Shown: positions 22,177 through 32,000 of the stretch, piece after piece
How the letters are laid out: each line of letters starts with the position of its first letter
Position numbering within the stretch: position 1 is the first letter of the stretch
Origin: Synechococcus sp. A15-28
GTDB lineage: Bacteria > Cyanobacteriota > Cyanobacteriia > PCC-6307 > Cyanobiaceae
DNA length: 32,000 nt
Reading direction: 5' to 3'
NCBI RefSeq assembly: GCF_014280175.1
Contig: NZ_CP047931.1
Location: forward strand, 600,001-632,000
The notes under the pieces: model-generated
The model's input: the letters and a program-made list of their open reading frames with translations, nothing else
Database searches by the model: none
Told to the model about the DNA's origin: nothing
Translations under genes and position numbers: made by a program

Positions 22177-23163
22177 TCAGACCGCCACAGGCTGCTCGAT
22201 GATGCCTGTGGGCACCTCGGCGAACATCACTGAAGAGAGATAGCGCTCGGCCAGGTCGGGCAGCACCACAACGATGGTCTTGCCGGCGTACTCATCCTTC
22301 TCCGCCAGACGAATGGCGGCAGCGGCGGCGGCACCACAGGAGATGCCCACCAGCAGACCTTCTTCTTTGGCCAGACGCAGGGCCATCTCCACGGATTCCT
22401 CGTTGGTGACCTGCTCCACCTTGTCTACCACTGACATGTCCAGGTTCTTGGGGATGAAGCCGGCGCCGATGCCCTGAATTTTGTGGGGGCCGGGCTTGAG
22501 GGCCTCGCCGTTCATAGTCTGGGTGATCACCGGGCTGTTGGTCGGTTCGACCGCCACGGATTCGATCGCCTTGCCGGCGTCGGTTTTGATGTATCGGGAG
22601 ACGCCGGTGATGGTGCCGCCGGTACCGACGCCGGCCACCAGCACATCGATGGCGCCGTCGCAGTCGTTCCAGATCTCCGGGCCCGTGGTCTTGAAGTGGA
22701 TCTCGGGGTTGGCGGGATTGTCGAACTGGCCAGGCATGAAGTACTTGGCCGGATCGCCGTCGGCGATCTCCTTGGCCTTGGCGATGGCGCCGGGCATGCC
22801 CTTGGCGGCCTCGGTGAGGATCAGTTCAGCGCCGAGAACGGCCATCATCCGGCGACGCTCGATCGACATCGATTCGGGCATCGTGAGGATCAGCTTGTAG
22901 CCACGGGCTGCAGCCGTGAAAGCCAGGGCGATGCCGGTGTTGCCGGAGGTGGGCTCAACGATCACCTTGTCCTTGGTGAGCTTGCCGCTTTTCTCGGCAT
23001 CCCAGATCATGTTGGCGCCGATCCGGCACTTGACGCTGTAAGCGGGATTGCGTCCTTCCACCTTGGCCAGCACGGTGGCTTTGCAGTTCTTGGTGACGCT
23101 GTTGAGCTTCACCAGCGGGGTGTTGCCGATGGCGAGGCTGTTGTCGTCGTAGATGCGGGACAT
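22177..23163 (-). CDS. cysK: Cysteine synthase A (O-acetylserine sulfhydrylase)
   Basis: 328 aa. ..IGNTPLV.., the PLP-lysine context ..[11 protein letters not shown].., ..[10 protein letters not shown].. and ..[10 protein letters not shown].. Confidence 0.92.
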   Translation of the reverse strand: MSRIYDDNSLAIGNTPLVKLNSVTKNCKATVLAKVEGRNPAYSVKCRIGANMIWDAEKSGKLTKDKVIVEPTSGNTGIALAFTAAARGYKLILTMPESMSIERRRMMAVLGAELILTEAAKGMPGAIAKAKEIADGDPAKYFMPGQFDNPANPEIHFKTTGPEIWNDCDGAIDVLVAGVGTGGTITGVSRYIKTDAGKAIESVAVEPTNSPVITQTMNGEALKPGPHKIQGIGAGFIPKNLDMSVVDKVEQVTNEESVEMALRLAKEEGLLVGISCGAAAAAAIRLAEKDEYAGKTIVVVLPDLAERYLSSVMFAEVPTGIIEQPVAV

Positions 23164-23265
23164 GAGGCTGCTGGCAGGTAAGAGGGCCCGAAGAAAACAA
23201 ACTAGGCATCGGAATCCCTGTTCAGCGCTGTTGTTAAGGGCTTTTTCAGAGTCTCTGCTTTCTCT

Positions 23266-24717
23266 TCACGGTTTCAGTGCTTGTTCGAACCGTTGCCAGA
23301 GCTCGTCAGGATCTTCCAGACCGACGGAGACTCGCAGCAGATGGGCCGGCACGCCGCATTGGCCTGCCCAGTCCAGTTCGTCGTAATGGGCCAGCTGGGT
23401 GTACGGACAAGCCAGGGTGAAGTGGGTTCCCAGGCTTGGCCCCTTGCTCACCCGCAGGGCATCGAACACTTGTTGCGCCCTGGTGGCGTCGTTCAGCACA
23501 AAGGAGAGCAGGCAGCCGTGGCCGGCGTTGGGGCGCATCAGGGTCGTGAAATTGGCGCAGTCCTTTGGGTGCAGCACCTGGCGCACAGCCGGGTGCTGTT
23601 CCAGGTGTTGCGCCAGCTGCAGGCAGTGGCGATCCAGCAGCGGAACCCGTTGGCTCACGTCTCGACTCGCCTGCTCCAGGGCCATCGCATCACCATCCCC
23701 CAGGGGGGCTGGGGTTGAAATGACCGCCTGCAGGTCTGGGCTCCAGCGGGAGTGGGGGCTCACCAGCAGGCTGCCGCCCATCACATCCCCGCGGCCGGCG
23801 AAGCTTTTGGTGAGCGAGGTGAAGATCAGATCGACATAGGGCAGGGCATTGAGGTTGATGCCGGTGCCGATGGTGTCGTCCGCGATTACAGGAATCCCCC
23901 GGGAGTGGGCGATCTCGCTCACCATCGGCAGGTCCACACAGCGCAGCAGCGGATTGCTGGGCAGCTCCACGATCACCGCGGCGGGGTTGAGCCGGTCCAA
24001 GGTCGCTGCGATCTGCGCCTGGTCGCTGGTCTGCAACAGCTCACCGCCGTGGAACACCACCTGCGGTTGCTTGAGCACATCCACATAGGGAAAGCCGAGC
24101 TGCAGGGTGGGGCGCTGTGGACGCAGATGCTGAATGGCGGTCAGTGCGGCATGCAGGCCAGCCATCCCCGCCGGATGCAGGCTGATCCGCTGGGCCTCGA
24201 TGCCGTGGATGGCACCCAGGCGCTGGCAGACAGCAGTTCTGGCGGCGTCCGCCTCCGCTGCTGAAGGGGCGGCCTCCAACCCCAGCGCCACCGCAGCCTG
24301 ACGGGAGGAGGCGCCGAGACCGGTGTGCTGCCAGAAGGCCTTGGCATGGGGCGTGGCGCCGGCATCAGTGTGCAATGCCACCAAGGGGCCGAAGTTGGTC
24401 AGTTGGTTGTGGGCCTGCGGTGCCTTGCGTTGGCAGTGGGCCTGGGCGGCGCGGGCGGCGGCTTCTGTGGCGAAGGGCCAGGCGGTCAAACCATCCACGG
24501 CCATCCGGGCGGTCAGCGTCTGCAGCAGAGGGTGCAGCCCGAAGCGCGGGTAAATCGTCTGCAGTGCCTGGCGACAGGCGGGATCCTTTTCCTCATAGGC
24601 GATCACGTCCTGCCAGCGCGGCAACGCCATCGACACGGCGTGGGTGGTATCCGGCAGGGGATGGCCAAGATCTGAGCCCTGCCAGCAGGGATCGCTCAGC
24701 AGATCGCGGGGACTCAC
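23266..24717 (-). CDS. Cys/Met-metabolism PLP-dependent enzyme, long form (cystathionine gamma-synthase / beta-lyase family)
   Basis: 483 aa. PLP-lysine motif ..FTSLTKSFAGRGDVMGG.. and a C-terminal ..RVSVGLEDPDEL.. The GTG start overlaps the upstream stop (GTGA at 24714-24717). Confidence 0.75.
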   Translation of the reverse strand: MSPRDLLSDPCWQGSDLGHPLPDTTHAVSMALPRWQDVIAYEEKDPACRQALQTIYPRFGLHPLLQTLTARMAVDGLTAWPFATEAAARAAQAHCQRKAPQAHNQLTNFGPLVALHTDAGATPHAKAFWQHTGLGASSRQAAVALGLEAAPSAAEADAARTAVCQRLGAIHGIEAQRISLHPAGMAGLHAALTAIQHLRPQRPTLQLGFPYVDVLKQPQVVFHGGELLQTSDQAQIAATLDRLNPAAVIVELPSNPLLRCVDLPMVSEIAHSRGIPVIADDTIGTGINLNALPYVDLIFTSLTKSFAGRGDVMGGSLLVSPHSRWSPDLQAVISTPAPLGDGDAMALEQASRDVSQRVPLLDRHCLQLAQHLEQHPAVRQVLHPKDCANFTTLMRPNAGHGCLLSFVLNDATRAQQVFDALRVSKGPSLGTHFTLACPYTQLAHYDELDWAGQCGVPAHLLRVSVGLEDPDELWQRFEQALKP

Positions 24718-25883
24718 GCCAGCAGCTCCAGGGCCTGGTCCAGATCGGCCTGCAGATCGGCGAGGTCTTCGCAGCCTACCGAGAAGCGCACGAGTCCGTC
24801 GTCAATGCCCAGTCTGGCCTTCACCTCGGCCGACACTGCAGCGTGGGTCATGGTGGCGGGGTGGCAGATCAGGCTTTCAATGCCCCCAAGGCTCTCGGCC
24901 ATGGTGAACCAGCGCAGTTGTTTGCAGAGGGCATAGGTCTGCTCCTGGCTGGCGTTGAAGCTCACCGTCACGATGGCCCCACCGGCGCGCATCTGACGGG
25001 TCGCCACCTGATGCTGAGGGTGATCACTGCGGTGGGGGTAACGCACCCAATTCACCTTGGCGTGCCCAGCCAGTTGATCGGCGAGGGCTGCGGCATTGGC
25101 CATCTGCTGCTTCAGCCGCAGCGGCAGGGTCTTGATGCCGCGGGTGATCAGCCAGCAATCAAAAGGGGAGGGCTGCAGGCCCAGGGCCTTCTGGGAGAAC
25201 ACCATCTTCTGGTGCCACTCGGGATCGTTGGTGCACACGGCTCCGCCGAGGGCATCGGAGTGGCCGTTGATGTATTTGGTGGTGCTGGTGAGCGAGAGGG
25301 TGGCGCCCAGATCCAGGGGGCGCTGCACCAGGGCGGTGGCGAAGGTGTTGTCCACCACCACGGGGATGCCGAGGGGTTGGCTGATGGCACAGACCGCCTC
25401 CAGGTCGATCACCTTGAGCAGGGGGTTGGTGGGACTCTCCAGCCAAACCATCGCCGGCTTCTGGTCTTGGATCTCCTTCAGTGCTGCGGCCTGGGTGAAG
25501 TCCACCCAGGCGGTGCGCAGGCCGAACTTGGCGAACACCTGCTCGAACAGCCGCACGGTGCAGCCGTAGAGGTTTTCCTCACACAGCACCAGATCACCCT
25601 GCTTCAGCTGCGACACCACAGCGGTGATGGCGCTGACGCCGGAGGCGAAGACGGTGGCGTGGGCGCAGCCTTCCACCGAGGCAAGCACCCCATCGAGGAT
25701 GCGGAAGTTGGGGTTGCCCGAGCGGGTGTAATCAAACCCGCCGGCGTTGCCATGGGCAAAGGTGCTGGTCGGAAAGATCGGCGGCATCACCGTGCCGGTG
25801 TCCCCCGCAAAGCTGTCGCCGTGGTGGATCACCCGGGTGTTCAAGCCTTCGTTGTCGCCTTCCTTCAATGCCACTGGAGCCAC
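24714..25883 (-). CDS. Cys/Met-metabolism PLP-dependent enzyme (cystathionine gamma-synthase / O-succinylhomoserine sulfhydrylase type)
   Basis: 389 aa. ..YTRSGNPN.., ..STTKYINGHSDALGG.. and ..RFSVGCEDLADL.. Confidence 0.85.
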   Translation of the reverse strand: MAPVALKEGDNEGLNTRVIHHGDSFAGDTGTVMPPIFPTSTFAHGNAGGFDYTRSGNPNFRILDGVLASVEGCAHATVFASGVSAITAVVSQLKQGDLVLCEENLYGCTVRLFEQVFAKFGLRTAWVDFTQAAALKEIQDQKPAMVWLESPTNPLLKVIDLEAVCAISQPLGIPVVVDNTFATALVQRPLDLGATLSLTSTTKYINGHSDALGGAVCTNDPEWHQKMVFSQKALGLQPSPFDCWLITRGIKTLPLRLKQQMANAAALADQLAGHAKVNWVRYPHRSDHPQHQVATRQMRAGGAIVTVSFNASQEQTYALCKQLRWFTMAESLGGIESLICHPATMTHAAVSAEVKARLGIDDGLVRFSVGCEDLADLQADLDQALELLA

Positions 25884-25960
25884 CAGTACAGGCTAAGAAA
25901 TCAAGGTCGGCACGATTTAGTGAATAAATCAACTCAAAATAATTACGATTTCGTGCCAAC

Positions 25961-25988
25961 AAAAAAGCTCCCGCCGAAAGGCGGAAGC
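25961..25988 (-). terminator. Rho-independent terminator of the psbD-psbC operon
   Basis: On the minus strand the sequence reads GCTTCCGCC-TTTC-GGCGGGAGC (9 bp with one G-U pair) followed by T6. It lies 36 nt after the psbC stop. Confidence 0.75.
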
Positions 25989-26024
25989 TTGAGGACTATC
26001 GATCGGTTGAAAAAAACCGTTGGA

Positions 26025-27413
26025 TCAGTCGAGGTCGGGCATGCCGAGCACAGGCTCAGCCTTGCGGTCGATGCCTTTCTCGAAGCCAGCAGCAGCAGCG
26101 CGAGCGCGGCCGGCGTGCCAGAGGTGACCAACCAGGAAGAAGAAGGCGAGCACGAACTGCGTTGCACCCAGCCACTGGCGGAGGTTCACGTAGTTCACCG
26201 AGTTGGGCTCGGTGATGATGCCGCCAACGGAGTTGATCGAGGCGTTGGGAGCGTGGGTCATGTACTCAGCCGCACGGCGCACCTGCCAGGGCTGAATGTC
26301 GTTCTGCAGCTTGTCGAGGCTGAGACCGTTGGGGCCACGCAGGGGCTCCAGCCAGGGACCACGGAAGTCCCAGAAGCGCATGGTTTCACCACCGAAGATG
26401 ATTTCGCCAGTGGGTGAACGCATCAGGTACTTACCCAGGCCGGTGGGGCCCATGGCGGAACCGATGTTGGCGCCAAGGCGCTGGTCGCGCACTAGGAAGG
26501 TGAAACTCTGAGCCTGGGATGCCTCAGCGTTGGTGGGGCCCCAGAACTCGGAGGGATAGGCGGTGTTGTTGAACCAGATGTAGGCCGAGGCGATGAAGCT
26601 CATGAAGCTCAGGGCGCCGAGGCTGTAGCTCAGGTAGGCCTCACCGTTCCAGATGAAGGCGCGACGCACCCAGCCGAAGGGTTTGGTGATGGCGTGCCAG
26701 ATGCCACCGAAGATCAGGGTCAGGCCCAACCAGATGTGGCCACCGATGATGTCCTCCATGGAGTTCACACCGATGATCCAGCCTTCGCCACCGAAGGGGG
26801 CGCGGGTCAGGTAACCGAAGATCACGCCCGGATCCAGGGTTGGGTTGGTGATCATGCGGACGTCACCGCCGCCGGGGGCCCAGGTGTCGTAGACGCCGCC
26901 GAAGAACATGGCCTTGAAGACCAGCAGCAGGCAGCCGACGCCGAGCAGGATCAGGTGATAACCAATGATATTGGTCATCTGGTTCTTGTCGCGCCAGTCT
27001 TGGGAGAAGAAGGAGGAATAGTTCTCCAGGATCTCCGGACCGCGCAGGGCGTGGTACAGACCGCCAAGGCCGAGAACGGCCGAGCTGATCAGGTGCAGAA
27101 CACCGACCACGAAGAAGGGGAAGAGATCAGTGACCTCACCGCCGGGGCCCACGCCGTAGCCAAGGGTGGCGACGTGGGGCATGCAGATGAAGCCCTGTTC
27201 ATACATGGGCTTGTCGAAGGTGAAGTGGCTCACCTCGAACAGCATCATGGCGCCGGCCCAAAACACCATCAGGCCAGCGTGCGCCACGTGGGCGCCCAGC
27301 AGACGGCCGGACAGGTTGATCAGACGGGCGTTGCCGGACCACCAGGCATAGCCGGTGGAGTCAAGGTCTTTGCCGCCAGTGGCGCCAAGACCGGGATTAG
27401 AGAGCGTTACCAC
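26025..27413 (-). CDS. psbC: Photosystem II CP43 chlorophyll apoprotein
   Basis: ..[45 protein letters not shown].. and onward is CP43. The start is placed at GTG 27413 (V-VTLSNPG, equivalent to the plant GTG start), which overlaps psbD by 17 nt. The 514-aa track ORF is an upstream read-through. Confidence 0.93.
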   Translation of the reverse strand: MVTLSNPGLGATGGKDLDSTGYAWWSGNARLINLSGRLLGAHVAHAGLMVFWAGAMMLFEVSHFTFDKPMYEQGFICMPHVATLGYGVGPGGEVTDLFPFFVVGVLHLISSAVLGLGGLYHALRGPEILENYSSFFSQDWRDKNQMTNIIGYHLILLGVGCLLLVFKAMFFGGVYDTWAPGGGDVRMITNPTLDPGVIFGYLTRAPFGGEGWIIGVNSMEDIIGGHIWLGLTLIFGGIWHAITKPFGWVRRAFIWNGEAYLSYSLGALSFMSFIASAYIWFNNTAYPSEFWGPTNAEASQAQSFTFLVRDQRLGANIGSAMGPTGLGKYLMRSPTGEIIFGGETMRFWDFRGPWLEPLRGPNGLSLDKLQNDIQPWQVRRAAEYMTHAPNASINSVGGIITEPNSVNYVNLRQWLGATQFVLAFFFLVGHLWHAGRARAAAAGFEKGIDRKAEPVLGMPDLD

Positions 27414-28452
27414 GGGGCAGAACCTCTTCAGGGAAGACGAAGTTTTCGTGCGGCTGGTCAGCCGGTGCCATCCAGGCACGCAGTCCTTCATTAAGAAGGA
27501 TGTTCTTGGTGTAGAAGGTCTCGAATTCGGGATCTTCTGCAGCGCGGATTTCCTGTGACACGAAGTCATAGGCGCGCAGGTTGAGGGCCAGGCCGATGAT
27601 GCCGATGGAGCTGGTCCACAGGCCCATCACAGGAACGAACAGCATGAAGAAGTGCAGCCAGCGCTTGTTGGAGAAGGCGATACCGAAGATCTGACTCCAG
27701 AAGCGGTTGGCGGTGACCATGGAATAGGTCTCTTCTTCCTGCGTGGGCTCGAACGCCTTGAAGGTGTTGGCCTGCTCGCCGTCCTCAAACAGGGTGTTTT
27801 CCACGGTGGCGCCGTGAATGGCGCAGAGGAGTGCACCGCCGAGGATGCCGGCGACGCCCATCATGTGGAAGGGGTTCAGGGTCCAGTTATGGAAGCCCTG
27901 GAGGAAGAGAAGGAAGCGGAAGATCGCAGCCACACCGAAGGAGGGCGCGAAGAACCAGCTGCTCTGGCCGAGGGGGTACATCAGAAAGACACTGACGAAC
28001 ACCGCGATCGGACCGGAGAAGGCGATGGCGTTGTAAGGGCGGATGCCGACCAGACGGGCGATTTCGAACTGACGCAGCATGAAGCCGATCAGCGCGAAGG
28101 CGCCGTGCAGGGCCACGAAGGCCCAGAGGCCGCCGAGCTGACACCAGCGAACGAAGTCACCCTGGGCTTCAGGGCCCCAGAGCAGCAGGAGGCTGTGACC
28201 CATCGCATCAGCGGGGGTGGACACAGCGGCGGTGAGGAAGTTGCAACCTTCCAGGTACGAGGAGGCGATGCCGTGGGTGTACCAGGAGGTGACAAAGGTG
28301 GTGCCTGTGAGCCAGCCACCGATGGCCAGATAGGCCGTGGGGAAGAGAAGAATGCCGGACCAGCCGACAAAAACGAAGCGGTCGCGCTTGAGCCAGTCAT
28401 CGAGGATGTCAAACCATCCCCGCTGAGGCGCGCGTCCTACAGCGATCGTCAT
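27397..28452 (-). CDS. psbD: Photosystem II D2 protein
   Basis: [33 protein letters not shown]... to ...EVLPRGNAL, 351 aa. The start is taken at the internal ATG (28450-28452), which gives the canonical D2 N-terminus. Confidence 0.95.
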   Translation of the reverse strand: MTIAVGRAPQRGWFDILDDWLKRDRFVFVGWSGILLFPTAYLAIGGWLTGTTFVTSWYTHGIASSYLEGCNFLTAAVSTPADAMGHSLLLLWGPEAQGDFVRWCQLGGLWAFVALHGAFALIGFMLRQFEIARLVGIRPYNAIAFSGPIAVFVSVFLMYPLGQSSWFFAPSFGVAAIFRFLLFLQGFHNWTLNPFHMMGVAGILGGALLCAIHGATVENTLFEDGEQANTFKAFEPTQEEETYSMVTANRFWSQIFGIAFSNKRWLHFFMLFVPVMGLWTSSIGIIGLALNLRAYDFVSQEIRAAEDPEFETFYTKNILLNEGLRAWMAPADQPHENFVFPEEVLPRGNAL

Positions 28453-28506
28453 GAGAGGTGAACGGTGCGGTGAACCGCAGGCTGTGGGATACGCCAGCGA
28501 CCTTAA

Positions 28507-29178
<672 letters not shown>

Positions 29179-29182
29179 ACCC

Positions 29183-29854
29183 ATGCGTCGTTTTGTTCTC
29201 TGGTCCCTGCTGCTGTTGCTGCCCCTGATGGTGAGCTGCAGCCCTTCACCGAGAGCGGAGGTGTCCCGTGGTTGCGCTGATGCGGATGCCGCCTGCCTGC
29301 AAGGAAAGGCCACCGTGCTGATGAGCACCAGTCGTGGTGACATCACCATCGAGGTGGATGGTGATGCCGCCCCGCTCACGGCCGGCAACTTCGTTGATCT
29401 GGTGCGTCGCGGGACCTACGACGGCACCATGTTCCACCGCGTGGTTCGCGAGCCTGTTCCTTTCGTGGTCCAGGGGGGTGATCCCCAGTCCAGCGATCGC
29501 TCCGTTCCCCTCAGTCAGCTGGGAACCGGCAGCTTTGTGGATCCCTCCAACGGTCTGGCGCGGATGATTCCGTTGGAGCTGAGTTTCGAGGGCGAAGACG
29601 CACCGCGCTACAGCCGGGTCAGCAGCAACCCCAGCGAACTCCAGAACCTGGTCTTGACACATGAGCGTGGCGCCGTGGCCATGGCCCGTTCCCAGGCGCC
29701 TGATTCCGCCAGTGCGCAGTTCTACATCGCCCTGCGTCCGCTGCCGGAGCTGGATGGCCGTTACGCCGTCTTTGGTCGGGTGGCGAAAGGTCTGGAGCTG
29801 GTGGACATGATCGAGCAGGGGGATCGCATTGAAACGGCTCGCCTGAGCGACTGA
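29183..29854 (+). CDS. Cyclophilin-type peptidyl-prolyl cis-trans isomerase with signal/lipoprotein-like leader
   Basis: MRRFVLWSLLLLLPLMVSC leader, then ..GDITIEVDGDAAPLTAGNFVDLVRRGTYDGTMFHRVV..FVVQGGDP.. The start is at the internal ATG, 5 nt after the ycf4 stop. Confidence 0.85.
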   Translation: MRRFVLWSLLLLLPLMVSCSPSPRAEVSRGCADADAACLQGKATVLMSTSRGDITIEVDGDAAPLTAGNFVDLVRRGTYDGTMFHRVVREPVPFVVQGGDPQSSDRSVPLSQLGTGSFVDPSNGLARMIPLELSFEGEDAPRYSRVSSNPSELQNLVLTHERGAVAMARSQAPDSASAQFYIALRPLPELDGRYAVFGRVAKGLELVDMIEQGDRIETARLSD

Positions 29855-29856
29855 GC

Positions 29857-30387
29857 TCAGGCCGGCACCCGGTTTTCGCTGGGGGACACCTTCAGCAGCT
29901 CGGTGTTCACTCCCGACGCCCTCTCCAGGGCCACCTTGCCGGTGCGGGCAATTTCCAGGATCCCGAAGGGCGCCATCAGGCGCTCCAGGGCCACCAGTTT
30001 TCCGGGATCCCCCACCACTTCCAGGGTGAGGGCTTCGTTGGCCACATCCACCACCTTGGCCCTGAACACCTGCACCAGGTCGAAGACCGCGCTCCGTGTC
30101 TCGGCAGGGGCGGACACCTTCAGCAGCATCAGTTCCCGCTCCACGGCAGGCCGTTGCGTCAGGTCGAGCACCTGAAGCACGTTCACCAGCTTGTCCAGCT
30201 GTTTGGTCATTTGCTGGAGGGTCTGGTCATCTCCCTCCACCACCATGGTGAGGCGCGATTGGCGTTCGGCCTCGGCAGGACCCACCGCCAGGCTGTCGAT
30301 GTTGAAGCCGCGGCGGGCGAACAGTCCGGCGATCCGACTGAGGGCGCCGGATTCGTCCTCCACCAGCACCGAAAGGGTGTGTTTCAT
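29857..30387 (-). CDS. ilvH: Acetolactate synthase small (regulatory) subunit
   Basis: [39 protein letters not shown].. is an ACT domain followed by the ALS_ss_C domain, 176 aa from the internal ATG. Confidence 0.88.
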   Translation of the reverse strand: MKHTLSVLVEDESGALSRIAGLFARRGFNIDSLAVGPAEAERQSRLTMVVEGDDQTLQQMTKQLDKLVNVLQVLDLTQRPAVERELMLLKVSAPAETRSAVFDLVQVFRAKVVDVANEALTLEVVGDPGKLVALERLMAPFGILEIARTGKVALERASGVNTELLKVSPSENRVPA

Positions 30388-30412
30388 CGCTGCTGGTCGT
30401 TCCCGGCCGATC

Positions 30413-31324
30413 TCACACACCCAAGTTACGGTCCAGCCACGGCAGGACCAGGGCAACGAACTGTTCCGGACGTTCGTCATGGGGGCAGTGGCCGCAGGCA
30501 TCGATCACCTGCAGTTCGGTGTTGGGTCGGCAGGCGTGGATCTGTCGGGTCACGCTCAGGGGCACAAATCGATCCTGCTGTCCCCAGATCAACAGCAATG
30601 GACATTTCAATTGCTTCAGCAGGGCCGGGGCCGTTGCCCCCCGCGGTCGCAGGGCCATGCCCATGCTCATCGCCCGAAGAGCGCGGGCAGCAGTCGGGCG
30701 GCGCGCTGGTCGGGCAATCAGCTGCAGCAGCTCCCGATCCGAAGCGATCGATTGGTGGTAAGCCCCCTGGAGGCCCGATCTGAGCAGACCTGAGCGGGCG
30801 ATCAGGGGCACCAGCAGCTCGAGGGGCAGCAGCCTCAGAACCAATCCCACGAGGCGCCGTTGCCAACGGCGTCGCCAGGGCGTTCGTCGTGATGGGATCG
30901 GTTGGATCAGGGCTGGGTCCGGCAGCGGTGCGGCCACCACAGCGCGGATCAGTTCCGGTTGGAGCACGGCGGCGGTCAGGGCCGTCAGGGCCCCCAGGGA
31001 ATTGCCCAGCAGTACGGCAGGTCGCTGCACCACCTGTTCGATAAAGGCGTTCACCTGTCGTCCCCAGAGGCGGTTGTCCATGGGGATCGTCGGCTGGTCG
31101 GAGGCTCCGAATCCCAGCAGATCCAGGCTGAACACGCGCCAGCCTTCTTTTGCCAGTCGTGGAGCCGTCTTGCGCCAGTGGCCACTGGCAGCTCCGAATC
31201 CATGCAGCAGAACTATCGCCGGACCATGCTCTGGGCCCAGGATTCTCCAGTGGCACGACCAGCCCTTCCAACGCCAGAGGGCCTGGTCACCCCAGTCGGC
31301 AGTCTGGTGAGCAGTGGTGGTCAA
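30413..31324 (-). CDS. Alpha/beta-fold hydrolase
   Basis: ..[15 protein letters not shown].., the nucleophile elbow ..GNSLGA.. and a C-terminal ..[13 protein letters not shown].. The TTG start at 31324 is uncertain. Confidence 0.75.
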   Translation of the reverse strand: MTTTAHQTADWGDQALWRWKGWSCHWRILGPEHGPAIVLLHGFGAASGHWRKTAPRLAKEGWRVFSLDLLGFGASDQPTIPMDNRLWGRQVNAFIEQVVQRPAVLLGNSLGALTALTAAVLQPELIRAVVAAPLPDPALIQPIPSRRTPWRRRWQRRLVGLVLRLLPLELLVPLIARSGLLRSGLQGAYHQSIASDRELLQLIARPARRPTAARALRAMSMGMALRPRGATAPALLKQLKCPLLLIWGQQDRFVPLSVTRQIHACRPNTELQVIDACGHCPHDERPEQFVALVLPWLDRNLGV

Positions 31325-32000
31325 AGCACTGGTCGATCCGGAACCTCACTATCGCGAGGGGGCAGCCGAGCTGCTGCTCGGTGACGGCTTCTTCCGCCGC
31401 GACTCTCGGCCGGCCCGGGATTGTTCGGTGCTGCTGGCCTGGCATCAGGCCAGGACGACAACCCGCGAACAACCCCTCCAGTGGCTTGATCTGATGGCCG
31501 GATGCGGCATCCGTGCGCTGCGCTGGGGGCTGGAGGCTGGCGCAGCCTGTTCGATGCCCCCGGAGATCGTGGTGAACGATGCCGATGGCGATCGGCGGTC
31601 CCTGCTGGAGCACAACCTCCGGCCGTTGGCAGCGGCGACCTGCAGCAACGTCCCCGCCGAGCGACTGTTGTGCCAGGCCCAGCTGGAGGGGCATCGCTTT
31701 GATCTGATTGATCTGGATGCCTTCGGCCAGCCGGGTGCCCTGCTCCAGCCAGCCCTGCAGGTGCTTGCGCCGGAGGGAATTCTTGTTCTGGCCAGTACGG
31801 ATGGTCGTTCTCCCACCGGCCATGACCGTTGCGGCGCGATCCGCAGTTTCGGAGCAGCCGCGCGGGCCCATCCCGCCAGCTGGGAGCTGGCGCTGCGCCA
31901 ACAGCTGGGGTTACTGGCACGACAGGCCTGGTTGCTGGGCCGCGGAATCCAACCGTTGTTGAATTTCAGCGACGGTCGCACCTTTCGTCTGGCGATCCGT
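31314..32000 (+). CDS. TRM1-like tRNA (guanine-N2)-dimethyltransferase family protein (partial, runs off the window)
   Basis: The frame is open from the TGA at 31308 to the window end and is missing from the ORF track because it has no stop. ..YREGAAELLLGDGFFRRDSRPARDCSVL.., ..IVVNDADG.. and ..FDLIDLDAFGQPGALLQPAL.. resemble TRM1. Candidate GTG starts are at 31314/31317. Confidence 0.55.
   Translation, partial: MVVKALVDPEPHYREGAAELLLGDGFFRRDSRPARDCSVLLAWHQARTTTREQPLQWLDLMAGCGIRALRWGLEAGAACSMPPEIVVNDADGDRRSLLEHNLRPLAAATCSNVPAERLLCQAQLEGHRFDLIDLDAFGQPGALLQPALQVLAPEGILVLASTDGRSPTGHDRCGAIRSFGAAARAHPASWELALRQQLGLLARQAWLLGRGIQPLLNFSDGRTFRLAIR

Noticed and set aside
24375-26417. 680-aa plus-strand ORF spanning the met-gene/psbC region. 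Similar long ORFs occur at 7858-9261 (-), 6525-7445 (-), 4761-5618 (-), 1575-2444 (+), 27652-28461 (+), 30477-31271 (-) and 31287-31981 (-).
   Set aside because: All are antisense to, or out of frame with, genes that have clear family signatures. Their translations are Arg/Gly/Pro/Ala-rich and low in complexity, as expected from stop-codon depletion in >60% G+C DNA. None has a recognisable motif.
27414-27569. Upstream extension of psbC to a 514-aa ORF, the psbD extension to 28509, the ycf4 extension to 28519 and the cyclophilin extension to 29090.
   Set aside because: The canonical N-termini of CP43 (VTLSNPG after a GTG), D2 ([15 protein letters not shown]) and Ycf4 ([15 protein letters not shown]), and the signal-peptide start of the cyclophilin (MRRFVLWSLLLLL), all lie at internal start codons. 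The extensions overlap neighbouring genes or promoters.

Overview
The window looks like a chromosome segment from a high-GC marine picocyanobacterium of the Synechococcus type. The identification rests on psbD-psbC with their typical overlap, ycf4, hpf/lrtA, pdhC and GC-rich codon usage. Both flanks (1-10.2 kb and 22.1-32 kb) carry ordinary housekeeping genes. The left flank has a glycosyltransferase, an MFS transporter, recO, deoC, hpf, lipB, an acyl-CoA/ACP synthetase, a YlqD-like gene, pdhC and queA. The right flank has cysK, two Cys/Met PLP enzymes, psbC, psbD, ycf4, a cyclophilin, ilvH, an alpha/beta hydrolase and a partial TRM1-like methyltransferase. Between queA and cysK lies an AT-rich island of about 11.9 kb (roughly 10205-22093), and its left junction falls inside the queA reading frame. 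I saw no integrase, transposase, tRNA or CRISPR array. The island encodes 12 ORFs: a beta-carbonic anhydrase, a CPA-like cation/proton antiporter with substituted ion-site motifs, and a DUF1345-like membrane protein; two paralogous ~100-aa glycine-zipper proteins, and four proteins that each open with a cysteine-free, basic HMA-like (CoBaHMA/HMA2-like) domain; a P-loop-less ArsA/Get3-like protein with an HSP20-like tail; a P1B-like ATPase that keeps its catalytic motifs but lacks the CPx membrane metal site, and a degenerate ATPase paralog; a UPF0016/GDT1 Ca2+/Mn2+:H+ exchanger and an HTH-like protein. I rate this island as the candidate undescribed system. It may be a cation, proton and inorganic-carbon handling or sequestration module, possibly related to biomineralisation, but its function cannot be proven from sequence. 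All family calls come from by-eye motif recognition and were not checked against any database.
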